Translations under genes and position numbers: made by a program
The notes under the pieces: generated by a model
Database searches by the model: none
The model's input: the letters and a program-made list of their open reading frames with translations, nothing else
Told to the model about the DNA's origin: nothing
NCBI GenBank assembly: GCA_039545335.1
Contig: BCIN01000004.1
Span: 1,292,925 to 1,356,924, forward strand
DNA: 64,000 bases
From: Kondoa subrosea
Taxonomy: Eukaryota
Direction of reading: 5' to 3'
Shown here: one piece after another, positions 14,594 to 27,409 of the stretch
How the letters are laid out: each line of letters starts with the position of its first letter
Numbering within the stretch: the first letter of the stretch is position 1

Positions 14594-15490
14594 ATGCTGC
14601 TCTCTGTCTCACTCATTCTTGCTTCTTTGGCTGGTAACGCCTTTGCAGCTGCTCTATCGCCTAAACCTGCAAGTTGTAACGTCAGCAAGCTCCGACCCTG
14701 TCTCGAGCCATCTGTTGCAGCTAAGCAAGGCAATGGTAAACTACGCCTTGCACTTTATTGTCCAGACTGCTCACCATAAGATCTTCACAGTCACCATTGA
14801 TTCAGCTTATAAGCCAATCTATCTTACTCTCGGTGTAGGATATCAGCTATACAATTGCACTGCAAACGAATGGGTGTAAGTTCTGCCTTCCTTTGAATGT
14901 ATGCGATTTTGATCGCTTTCTTTTGCAGCACCAATGGAGCTAAAGCAACTCTATACGATTTCAGTTGTCCCGCTCAGTCTAGAAGTACAATCAAGAACTT
15001 TGTCGACTCTGCTCAAGCTCTCGTTAATGTTTCGCCCAAAGCCCTCCTGAACATCGCGGAGAGAACTACCAAACGGAAATTGCATGCTATCGGCAAACAT
15101 TTTTTCGTCCCTACTCCTCAATCAGTTAGTGGCATTAGCCCTAGTTTCGAAATTATCTCGAAAGGAAAGACATCAAAGGTCATATTAGCCAAAGCTGGTA
15201 CTTTCGCTTCGCCTGTAAGTTGCCGAAATTTCAGAGATACTTGTTTCTCATTGATTGGGTGCTCAGGATGGACCAGAGAACGTCGCTTGGCTGAAACTCA
15301 AAGCTATTCCACATCAAGGGACTTTGGCGAAAGAAGTTTTCAGGTTAGAAACGATCAAAGGAAGTTCTCCTGTAGGCATGTGCAAGACTGAGGATATTGT
15401 ACAGGAGCCATACGCTGCTTTATACTGTGGGTCTCCTTTCGCCCCGTCCTATTTTGAGCTAACCAACGATGAACAGGGTTCTATGCTTGA
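14594..15490 (+). CDS. Secreted DUF3455-family protein
   Basis: Signal peptide MLLSVSLILASLAGNAFA; motifs LGVGYQLYNC, GAKATLYD, IGKHFF, NVAWLKLKA, VFRLETIKG and PYAALY(W)FY. Confidence 0.8.
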
Positions 15491-15743
15491 TGACGCAGAC
15501 TTGAGATGAAAGCTGACTTCTGGCGATGACATTATGCTGAATCACCGTGCACAGATGGAATCTTAGCATGAGCAGTGGTATATTGAATGATGCTACCTTT
15601 GTATATATATTGCTATCATCTCATGAAGCCTTCGGTCTGGTCTCTCGTCTCCTTCTAGAAACTTGTGCTATTCGCATCTTGCAAATTAGGCAAGCTGAAC
15701 TATTGAGGTAGGAAACAAGAACCCAAACTGAAACCCATTACTC

Positions 15744-17795
15744 CTATTCATAATCTGGCGTTGTTGACCTTCTGCGATCAACTCTTTCAACAGCTTCACC
15801 AGCGATGGAATGCGACAATCTAGCTATGGGTTTTTTGATCGTAGGCACGTATCCTTCTGGTTGTCGCATTTTGCTATATAAAGATCATGAGCATTCTGAA
15901 ATGTAAACAGCCATCAGAGAGGACACTAACTCTCTTAGATTCGGTAATGCATAATTGACTGATTTCCTCGCTCTTCGACCAGATGCATTCTCATCTTGAC
16001 CAGTAGTCTTCTCTTCTGCTCCTTTCTCGTCAGTATCTAATCCATGTGAGAGCAAACGATTCAAATCTCACCTTCAACAACAGCAATCAGCTCGGCTTTC
16101 CTTCGACCAGCCTTTGGTTTCTTTGATATGCCATTCAAGCCTTCAACACCAGCTAGAGGTCGGCGGGAAGTGATAGTATTAGTTTGTTCGCTCAAGACTT
16201 CTCTTTCTTCAGTCTCTTCTTCTTGTGAAGCTTGAGATGAAGGAGCTTGCGAATCATGTGATTGAGTAGGTTGAGATTCAGTTCCTTCCGTTTGCAAAGA
16301 ATCGACTTGCGCTTCAACTTCCTGATCTTTCGGCTCGATATCCACTTCTTCTTCTTCAACGAGAGGAGTGATTTCCAATTCAGGTTCGCTAGCAGGGGTA
16401 GTCGATCTTTGTCTTTCCATCTCTTTCAACCTTTTCCTCTCTTCTTGCTCTTTCATAATTCGTTCTCTCTCATCTTTCTCTTTCTGCAACTTCTCTTCCT
16501 CATTAATTCTAGTAGAAGCAGTTCTTCTTCTAGATCGAGTAGGAAGTTTCACTATTTCTTCTTCCTCTTGTTGTTGATGTACTACTGGTTCGCTAGTGGT
16601 AGTAGATTTCGTTGATCGATGAGTAGGTTTAAACTTTTCCTTCTCCGATCCCGCTCCAACCAAATTATTATTATTTCTTCTCTCGCTCCTCTCTTTGCTT
16701 ATTTCTTTACTTACTTCAACGACAGTAGAAGATTTAGGAGGGATAGAAAAGGAAGCTGGATCTGAAGTTGAATCGTCCAATAAAGCTAGTTGAGGTAATG
16801 GCAAAGCACTTGAACGTCTTCTGCTCGATACGTTCGTTGTAGTGGAAATGGTTTGAGTTCTTCTTCTGCTCGACGCGGGAAGAGGTGGTGGAGAAGGAGT
16901 GGGAGAAGGTGAAGATTCCATTGGTCTGATGGAATATCAGTCAGCTATAGTAGTAGAAAGTAGACGAGAGGCACATACTCTGGTATTGTTGGAGTATTTG
17001 AACGGATTTCTTCAACTTCCATACTTTGTTCTGCAATGAAAGATAATTCAGGTTCGGTAGCTAGTAAGATTCTATTAGTGTATTGAGAGTCGATTGATAC
17101 TGATACTGTTGCTGGAACTTCAATTGGTATTGGAAGAGGTTCTGGTACGGCCCGTGAAGCTGAACGAGTAGGTTGGAAGAGTCGGGATTGGCTAGACCGC
17201 AAGTCTGACGGGACTGTTAGCTATATGCTGAAAGTGAGTGAGTGTATACATACCTTGGGCCTGTTTCTGAGATTCGCAGAGCAGAGTTTGAGCTTGTTGC
17301 GCTTGTTGAACAATCATTTCGAGCGCTTTTCGAACCGCCTGTTGCAGTAGAGTTTGAGTCGATACATCACAGGAAAGAGACGCGGAGCATACCTGAGCTT
17401 GAGCACCATTACCCATCGAGTCCCGGTCGCGTACTAGCGTTTCTTTACTGTTGATCAGTTCGGCGTTTTGAGCATTCAGACGCAAATTATCGCTCTTGAG
17501 GGTGAGTAGTTCAGTTTGTAGATCTCTGACTCGTTTATTGAGCTCTGCGTTGACTCTGTGGTAGTGCATTAGCTATAGATTCTTGCAAGAGGGAGACAGA
17601 CTGACTTCATGAGCTCAGAGTTTCTATGTATGATCTCCTTGTTTTGTGAGACGTGCTTCCTCTTGACTGTCGTTCACTTCTACTATGAGCAATCACAGAC
17701 GTCTTTTGCGCAGGGCAATACTCACAAGCATCTAAACTATCGAGCAGAGCGCTACCACCTGCGCCAGCCATGGACAGCCTGTTCCTTGTAGCCAT
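15744..17795 (-). CDS. SGO1: Shugoshin (centromeric cohesin protector)
   Basis: N-terminal coiled coil KRKHVSQNKEIIHRNSEL...ELLTLKSDNLRL; C-terminal SGO motif SGRRARKSVNYALPNLR..KMRQP, split by an intron near 15870-15990. Confidence 0.88.
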
Positions 17796-17940
17796 ATCTC
17801 AAGTCCTAGCTCTTTCCTCTAGCCTCTGGACCTATCCAAGCGCTTGTAGCCAAAAGTGAACAGAAAGAAGAAAATCAAAACAATGGCCGTTTGCAGTTGA
17901 GCAGCGTCCTACAAAATCTTCAACGTACCTATTGGCAGCT

Positions 17941-18348
17941 ATGACTGACAGAGAAGACTGGCATACAGTGTGAGCTATTACACATAGCGATCCAAGACTG
18001 TAAGATTGATCATTTCGATGGATTCATAGGAAAGTGGAACTGCCTTTTCCAAGTGAGGAACACGCAAACATCGCTCTGCAAGTGCTGCAAGTCGATAAAG
18101 AACTCAGGTCTGCTTTGATCGAACGGACTTTATCTGTCCAAGGATCGAATGTCATAGCGTAAATACAAGTTCTGGCTTCTAGCTCGTAATTGCCTTGATG
18201 CATTGGGCACAACAGATCTTTCGAAGCTGTATCTGTCCGACAAGCTAGAGTAGCGCTCAATCATTTCCTATCCGATGCGGATCTCGTAGCGCAAACCATG
18301 GATAGCTTTGCTCCACCTTCTTTGAAGCAGTCGAAAGTTGAGGCATAA
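17941..18348 (+). CDS. PCC1: EKC/KEOPS complex subunit Pcc1
   Basis: Three exons, absent from the ORF track: MTDREDWHTV / VELPFPSEEHANIALQVLQVDKELRSALIERTLSV / FEAVSVRQARVALNHFLSDADLVAQTMDSF. Confidence 0.85.
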
Positions 18349-19159
18349 GGAGCGGGTTGTCTTGATGTAAAGACTCCAGCAGTGGGTTTAGATCGAGTAT
18401 GCGGTCTTTCTGGCTCAGTAATGCATAGCTACAGTACTTCACGCATCAGGTTGTTAAAAGGTAGGAACAGCCTAAGAACGGCGCAAGCATTGGTTGAATG
18501 ACAAAGTAAGATTTCTCCTAGTTATTGGATACATCTAATCGAATGCGATTTCAGGATCAAATACTTCTAATAATCCTCGCCTCGCCTAGTCTTCGTCTTT
18601 TGTATATTGTCCAAATAGCGTCGTCGCTCTCTCATCACCTTCCTGTCACGCGGTGTCTTCTCCTTCTTCTGCCTATTTCTCTCTGTTTCTGTCGGCGGCA
18701 TGCAATTTGACCGCGTTTTCTCGCTATGATGTATAACATGCTCGTCTAGAAGCGCTTAGAGGCCACAAGGACGATATCACGGCATAATCCCAGGAAGCAA
18801 ATCTAGGATGAATGACCTCTGTTAAGCGTCAAGACGGGCTTGGCCATACATCCGACTGCGGTCCACGACTGCGGGTAATAGTGCTGGGCTTATATTGGAC
18901 GGAACAGAAGGAGGGACTAGACAAGACTCGAAGATAGAGAAATGAGAAACAAGCAAGAAAGAAAGTAAAGACTCTGAGCTGTTAATTACCCGCGCATCCG
19001 TTTAGGAGATTAGGACAGACAAACAGCAGCACATTGCCAAAAGTCGATGCACCTATTCCGCCGAATAGGCAGCGGATAAAGCTGTGAAGCTATGGAAAAG
19101 TCGAATATCATAAAATGTTTCATGTACGCATAGTAATCTATAAGTCATATGTGACAGCT

Positions 19160-20652
19160 CCTATAAGCTGCGTCGGTAGCCTCGGTACACAAGGGCGCCG
19201 AAAACGTGAACATCTTTCACAAGCGTCCGAATTGGGTACAGGGTTACATTTGGTCTAATCGCTTGTCAGTCAATCGAATTCTGATGATCAGTGTCGAACA
19301 TACCTTGGCCAAGGAACATCCCTCACATGCGCGCGCGTTACGTTGTATATATCCGGGCTCCAAGGCCTTGTTAGCCGTTCTCTGTTAGAGGCTTCTGAGC
19401 GATACGACGTCGAGCCGATATTTGAACTCGTACCTCTCTTCTAGCCTGAATCGTTTCACAGTCAGACCATCGTAGGAATAAGAGAGCACCTGACTGACGA
19501 TCTTATTTCGTAGAAGATTTTCATCGTTCGTCACTTTTCCTGTCAAAGGTGATTAGAGCGATGCATAACAACGAGATTTGCCTTTACCAGAAGGGTTGTC
19601 GATGAAATTCTTGAACTGTTCCATCTCATCCGATCTGATATCTTGGAACGCAAAACATATGTCCTGTGAGTGCTCAATCCCAGCTACACGGAAATACTTA
19701 CGTAGATGATGCACGTCAATGAAATGTTGAGTATTGAGATACTTAGCGTGCTGTCGGATGACGGGACCTTGTGGTGGAACGCTTGGTGTCGCCTGGACCG
19801 GATTGTTTGTAACAGCACTTGGATTTGCTAGTCGTCTCAATGTTTGATCACTTGCTGCAGACTGGACCACAGGCATTTGTGCGGGCACTGCAGAACGCTT
19901 CAGAGTCAAGGCCACACTTTCAGATCAAGAACTCACTCGGAACAGAGGCATGGTTGTTATACGTCCCTGTCTCCAGTATTAGCGGTTGAGCATATACATT
20001 ATGCGGCTGACTGACCCGTAGAATATCCAAGTTGAGCGGCAACAGGATAGGAGGGATAAGTGGTATGACCAAGTAAAGCAGAAGATCTACCAGCAGCAGC
20101 TGAATGGGTCATGGCAGTACTCGGTTGTCCAGTTGTAGCAGCATAACCCATTGGAGAGGAAGCCATGTTGTACGGAAGCTGCTGCGCTGCGAAATTATTA
20201 GATTGGGCAGAATTGTAAGTTCGGTACGCCGGGCCTATTGAATATGCAGGATTTCTTGCAGGTACAGCAGCGTTTACGTGATACTGATCAGAAACGACCG
20301 GCTGCTTCGAAAGTGCGAGTGATGCAGGAGGGCTGTATCGGCGGACTGCGTCCCCGACATCCAGCACATGGTGCTTGTGTATATTAGTCGAACGTCCTTG
20401 ATCTGACTTCATACGAGACTTACCCTTGTACAATAGAGCAACGCGTCTGCGTGAGTCTGTATAATTCGCCGGATCAAAAAAGAAAGTTCTATACAGCGCA
20501 TTATTGGCCAAGCTGACTTACTATAGGACGCCCCTCATTACTACCAGGTTCACATAGAAGGAATGGCTTATGTTCAAAATCAGAGCTGTTTGAACTGTTG
20601 GGGCCAATGAAAGACAAATCGGCTGGAGGTGTTAAAGGTTTTCCAGACATTA
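19160..20652 (-). CDS. Hypothetical protein, multi-exon
   Basis: ORFs 20501-20893 (from MSGKPL), 19999-20511 and 19553-19915 plus downstream exons with GT-AG borders. No family recognised. Confidence 0.5.
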
Positions 20653-21405
20653 TGAAAGGTTCTGAGACACGAAGAGAGATCAAGCAGAAGTCTATAAGAA
20701 AGGATGGATAGGAGAAGAGAAGAGAAAGAGAAAGAGATTGAGCGAAATTAGAAATCTCTGACGAGGCTAAGCCGGAAATATGAATATGTCTTACGTCCGA
20801 ATCACAAGATCGGGCGTATGATGATAGAATCATATGGCTCTTTTCTGACAACAGAATTAGCGAAAGTAATGAAAGACCTTCATCAGATGTCAATGTTCAG
20901 GCAAGTTTAGGCAGAAAAGAAAGCCAATCATAAAGATGCCGAATTGAGTCGTCTGAGCAGCGATAAATTCAGACAGTATATGCCTGTTGTTAGCTATCGA
21001 CAGCTCGCTTGAGTTATTTCTCGAGACTTGAGTCGACGTTCAGCTCAGTGAGCAGGCTTTTCACAAGTCGGAGACAAAGAGCGAGGCCGAAGACGATGCT
21101 GACCATGATATTGTTGCAGTAACCATACAATGCTTCCTAGATCGAGGTCCCTGTCCTTCACAAGCCGCCGCCAGCAGAAGCCAAAGTTCGGTGCCAAATG
21201 ATTGTACATCTGGCAGCCAATCCTGCTTCACTACCCATTGATTACGGTCATCTGGAAGTCCAGCTCTGTCTATTACTGCCTTTGTCCAAGCGCTGTCTAA
21301 TGTACATCTTCCTTTCTTTGACTGGATTGCCATGTTTTGCAAGCGTAAGACTTCTCTGTACGATACGCTCTGCTTTGAAATTTCTCTTCTCCCCAGCCAT
21401 CTCGA

Positions 21406-24400
21406 ATGCCTATCTGCTCAGACGACTGGCACCTTGCCAGCGAGATCGGCTCTAGTTGTCGAGAACTCGACTTCCGATTAGCGTTCTCGACGCTGCTGTG
21501 CACTCTGCCCGCTGCGCTGTTCATAGCTCTCGCTTGGACTCGTTACTATGGCTTGTACAAGCAAGAAAGAGTTGTGTCTGCGCACGTCAAGGGCTTCTGG
21601 ACTCTTCTACTGCCTGCAAAACTGATCTCAACGCTACTTGTGCTCGTTGGCGATGTCGTAGCTTTAGTCGCTTGGTCCACAGCCTCGTCAAAGTACACCA
21701 TACACAGTTCGACTGCTACTGCGTTCTTGGCACTTCAGCTTGTTGCATCTGTAAGCACATTATTCAGTCATTTGATAGCAGCCTCTGATTATCCTGCTTA
21801 GCTTCATATGCCGCTATTGGTCTACCTGGAACATCTACGAACTTATACGAGCTCGCTTTTGCACCCGGTCTATCTTCTGCTTGTGATCTTGCTTCAGACG
21901 ATCCTGTTACGGTCCTATAGTATCGTTGGCTTCTTCTCGGGACTGCAGACTTACACGATAGCCTTCAGCATCAGCTATGCTGCTAAGGTCTTTCTGTTTA
22001 CGCTGGAGCAAATATCAAAGCGATGGCTCCTGGTGGATGCAAAGTTACAGAATGTAAGCTGCATACTTTTCACTGTAAAGGTCATTTCACAGTTGCCATC
22101 GACAGGAAATACCGAGGGAACTGACGGCCGGCTTGATTTCGCGATGTGCGTCGACTCCTTTATGGTAAAGCCAGCTCTACTCAGCTCTGCTCATATACAG
22201 ATACACTGTTGTGGCTACTCGAGCATATCCAAAAGTCCCGGTCAGCACCATTGATGGAGAAGGATTTAGGCCGATCCACAGAAAGATCGGACGATGTGTA
22301 CAAGAACTTTGAACGACATTGGCAACAAGAACAGCTCGGTCCGCGTCGTCTGATGAAAGCGTTGTTCAAAGCTTCGCCGACAGACTTCTTGAAGCCTCTG
22401 ATCAAGAGTTAGTACATTTTTCTCTGACGTTCAAGTAAAACTGACTGGCCACCAGCAACTATCACGGCACTATTGAAATTGACCTCGCCTCTCCTCATCA
22501 AGGCTGTTCTGCGCTTCTTTCGATCTTATGAGTCTGATACACCTCAACCAGCATCATACGGCTGGGCATTGACTGCAGGGTATGGCATAGTATATTTGCT
22601 GTAAGTGGCTCGCATCCCCTAAAGTATACTCACAGAAATAGCTCACTATTCTGTCCTACAGCCTTGGCGTCGTGCAAACAAACTTCATTGTTTCCACTCT
22701 ACGATTAGGCGCAAAGATCCGAGCTACAACGGTACAGGCTGTTTATCGCAAAGTCGTGAGTTGATAGCCTTCTATACTTTTATTGTGAAACTTAGAATTT
22801 GGCGATAGCTTCGACTTGACACTTCCATCATTCAAGCAAAAGGGTCTGGCGCCATTACGTCCTACGTCGGAGTTGATTGTGAACGCATGGTCGACGCCAT
22901 GACAGTTCCATATATGATCGTCCATATATTGATCATCTTCGCATTGGCTTGCGTCATCATTCATAACGAGATTGGTATCAACTTTCTGACGACTCTTATC
23001 ATGCTCATCGCAAGCATTGTGCTGTTGCCTTGGGCTACCGTCCGTTTCCTCGTCGATCAAAGTAGGCTTTCAGCTGCGGCAGACAAGAGGATACGCCTGC
23101 TTTCGAGTTGCATCACCTGTATGCGAGCTATCAAGTTGTCTGCATTGGAGAAGTGTCTTACTGCGAAATACTTGAAGCTGAGAGAAGAAGAATTGTCGGA
23201 GATGCATCTTTACCAGACTCGGTATCTATGTGAGTTTGCGAATGCGCAAGTTCCGTTTTAGCGCTCGAATTTTCAATTGATAGATACTGGATGGACAGCG
23301 AATGTAGCGTTCGTTCTTATTCAGAGTTTCACTTTGGCGATCTATGCCCTCTACTGCAAATATTCGCAGAACAAGAGCTTTACGTATGAGAACATCTTTG
23401 TTGTGGTTGCGGCACTATCAGTGATTGCTTCCAACTTCTTTAATGTACGCTACTCAGCAGCTTTTCGTGAGTCAAAGGTTAGACGGTTTTGTGTATTCTA
23501 CAGATCGCTTGGAATACTCCACAACTGCTATCCGCCTTTTCATCCTTGCAACGAGTGCAAACGTTTTTAGAAGCACCAGAGTATCGTGATGATCTCAACG
23601 CAACCAACGAATCCGATGCTTCTCTATCAGAGAAGACAAGCCTGGAGAAACTGTCGAATTCCGACTGCATGTACCAGCTGGAAGATGCAGACATCGGTGT
23701 ACTGGAAGCAACTTTACTCAAAGATGTAACAGCTCGTACTCCTCGTGGCCGACTGACAATCTGCGCGGGTTCAGTCGGTACTGGCAAATCGACCTTTCTG
23801 TTGGCCCTAGCTGGCCAGATGCATATCACTTCGGGATCTTTCATCAATAATGCTACAAATATCGCTTACTGCTCTCAGGAAAGCTATCTACAAGGCAGTC
23901 GCACTATCCGTGAAAACATTTGCTTCTTATCAGAATATGAAGAGCACTGGTATAACGTTTGCGTTCGTGCATGTGACTTGCAGGTTGATCTGGAAACAAT
24001 GCAGAAGGGAGACCAGCAAGAAGCTCACGGTTTGAGCGGCGGTGTGAGTCGAATCCCTCACATTACGCTTCAGCTGCTCAGAATAATTGGCTCGGCAGCA
24101 AAAACAGCGTATCGCTCTTTGTCGGGCTATCTACAGCAAGGCGGATGTATATCTGTTGGATGATACCCTCTCTGCGCTTGACAAGAGAACAGAGAGAATT
24201 GTGGTCTCCGCTCTTTTCGGCTCTTCAGGATTGCTCAAAGACAAGACCGTCATCATGTCCTCGAACGATGTCTCTCGCTTCTCGCTGGCGCATCACATTA
24301 TCTTTGTTTCTGATCAAGTCATGGAAGGATCCATACTTCAATTGGCTGAGAAGAATCAAAGTTTTGCGACTTTGTTGGAACACTCGTCTGTGACAGAAGA

Positions 24401-27165
24401 AGTAGCACAGACGACTTTCATAGATTTTGGCATCGCTACTCAAGCAAAAGACAATCGGCATCAGATCCAAGCGATTGCAAATGATCGTACTGGAGTCGAC
24501 CAAGAAGCCCTAATGCAAGCAAAGTTGGGAAGCCTTCGCTCGCTCAGATACTATCTACATACCGCCGGTGCCAAATTAAGTATATGGACGTTTGGCTCAG
24601 CCTTGGTTGCATTTCCTATATTCTCCATTGGAACTCCCCTTTATGTTGCGAAATATTGGTCTAACGCGCAACAACCAGAAGCAGATGCAAATGCATGGTA
24701 CTGGATAGCTGGTCAAATCGGAGTACGTATGCTCGTTAACCAACCATCAAACGATTACTGATGGTAGAGGTAAGCTCGTAGCGATTATGGCTTTTACGAT
24801 GTTCATGTGGGCACGATGCACCGGATTTCCTTCAGATCACTCAGACACCGTTTGATAGGTTCTGGAAAGGCATTGATCTAGCAATACCTATACAAGTGAG
24901 CCGCACTCTACATGCACGTCAAACAGAATCGCTATTCGGCGCCGATCTGAAGTTTACTGAGTCGAGCTCGACTGGCTTCGTTGTCAATCGCTTTAGTGCG
25001 GATACCTTTATTACAGGTATCTGATCATCTGTCCCGTTGTGCAACTGCACTGACACTTCTTTGGTCTGGCAGAACAGGAGTATGTCACGAAAGCTTAGTA
25101 TAGCAAGTTTCGTCGATCGCTTACATCTGGACTAGATATCCCAAAGCTTTAAGAGGGACCACGGATTATGTGGTTTGCATCGTTTCTAGTCTGATGTAGG
25201 CGTCGTGCTATCACAATGCTTGCCCAGTTGACGGATCGTCTAACATCCTTTGCAGAATGGCAGCGATAGCCTCTCCTTGGTGCTTACTGGTCTTTGCTGC
25301 GGTGAGTTTCGTCTTTCCGCAGCTTACTGTATTATTCATTCGAAATGCAGACGTGTATTTTCGGCGAAGTAGCAAGGCGTGCTCTAGCCGGGACCAGTCA
25401 GCAGCTCCGCAGACTCGAATCAGCCAGCAAATCTCCAATCTACACATCAGTTGCTGTGTGTTGTGTTCTCAAGCACTCTATCAATGACAGTCTCATCCGC
25501 AAAAACAGGATATCACATCGATAGACGGCCTGAACACTGTCCGCATTTTTAACAAGGAGGACAAGCTCTGCGATCTATTAACACATCAAATTGATCTATT
25601 GAATCGCTCATATTTTCTGGTAAGTCAGCTCCAGATGATTTCGGGAGTAGGTTGATAGTCAATTCTATCAGTTGCAATGTGATAGTAAGCGTTTTCCTTT
25701 GCTTCAGACGATTACGACCGACCGTTTACCTTAGGACAACTCCTACAGTCGATATTTTCATATTGTGTAGCGGCATTTTGCGCTGTACTGGTTGGAACTG
25801 CCGCGGCACAGAGAACATCAAACGCTACGCTAGCTGTTGCACTTCTTGCGGCTTTGGTCTTACCTTCCACGCTGGCTGCTGCCTTCGACTACATCACAGG
25901 TAAGCTCGTGAAACCATGCCTCAGTCGTATTCTCAATCGCAATCAATGATAGTCCTGCAAATGGGTTCAATTGCAATAGAAAGGTTTCTTTCTTCGTCGC
26001 ATTGCTAGTTGCAGTATTGATGCAACTTGCAACAGAATTAAGCATATCATTGATCTACCGCCCGAAGAAAATGCTCATGAATCGAAGAAGCCTATGCCAG
26101 TAATAGAACAAGGTGCAATTCGATTTGAAAACGTCCTCCTGCGCTATGAACCAAAGTCTTTGCCCGCCTTGAATAATATAACGTTCGACATACCGGCTGG
26201 AGCTCGAATAGGGATAGTGGGAAGGGTAAGTCTCTCCATTTTCAAAGTATGCTATACTAAGGGGTAATATCGATACAAGACTGGCTCGGGCAAAAGCACT
26301 TTACTGAGCGCTCTTTTCCGTTTACAAGACGTCGAGTCTGGTAGCATCAGCAGTATGTTCTTCGAACATAATCACAATACGACATGCTGACGGGTTTCGG
26401 CTTAGTCGATGGTTTAAATACTCGCGATTGTTCAAGACAGAATCTGCGATCCCAATTGACCATTATCCCTCAAGGTAAGATCCCCTTGGGTTCGCTTCCT
26501 TCAGTTGCTAAGATTGTAAGCTAGATCCTTTGCTGCTAGAACTTAGCATGCGAGAGAACCTGGATCCAGAAAGCTTACATACCGATGCTGAAATTTGGTC
26601 TGCGATAGAGCAAACGAATTGCAAAGAATTCATTGACAAACTGGATGGGAAGCTTGATCACTCCGTTTCAGCTTCTAGTGGTACTCTTAGTCGCGGTCAG
26701 AGGCAGTTGCTCGCTTTATGTCGAGCTTTGTGTTAGCCCCTTACTGACTGTCGATCAATCTTCTCGCTAATTACGATGCTAGTGCGAAATCGCAAGATCT
26801 TGTGCTTGGACGAAGTAAGTTGAATCAACAAACGCAAAGACTACAATGAACGCGTGACAAACAGGCTTCTTCTTCACTCGATATGGCGACCGATACGATC
26901 ATGCAAGAAACTTTACGCAAAGCTTTCCCGAAATGCACGATGCTGGTAGTCGCTCATCGCATCTTGGTAAATACTTGAGCTCGCCAATTATGTTTCTGCT
27001 GTTACTGAGACTGGCGTTACTGTACAGACCGTCGCGTCTTTGGACTACGTTCTTGTTCTGGATCGAGGTCAAATCGTGGAGCAAGGCATTCCTAGTGAAT
27101 TGCTGACGCGTCCCAATGGAATTTTCAGAGAGCTAGCAAAGAAAGAGAGCGCGAACAGGTCATAG
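21406..27165 (+). CDS. ABCC/MRP-type full-size ABC transporter with N-terminal TMD0
   Basis: NBD1: Walker A GSVGTGKS, signature LSGG/QKQRIALCRAIY, Walker B YLLDD. NBD2: GRTGSGKS, LSRGQRQLLALCRA, LCLDEA, VAHR. Many TM exons and more than 20 introns. Confidence 0.92.
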
Positions 27166-27409
27166 CGTAGTACTAGATTCACTTATAGACATCATTTCGG
27201 CCTTTGCACGTAACGGAAGTCTTTGTTGACTTTTGCTTCCAAGCAGCGAAACTTATATCCCTTGTCCTGGAACTCTATCAGACTATACCTCGGCGTGCTC
27301 TGCATGCTTAGCTCTATACCAGGCTAGCGAGACTACAGCCTCTTTATTTGCGAAAAGACGAATCTCGAGAGTCGAGTCCTTATTGTTTACGGCTCTCACA
27401 CAAAGCAAG

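Noticed and set aside
16262..16615. Hydrophobic F/L-rich plus-strand ORFs
   Set aside because: Antisense to the E/K-rich shugoshin exon. Most short overlapping ORFs in the track are similar shadows or exon-plus-intron read-throughs.
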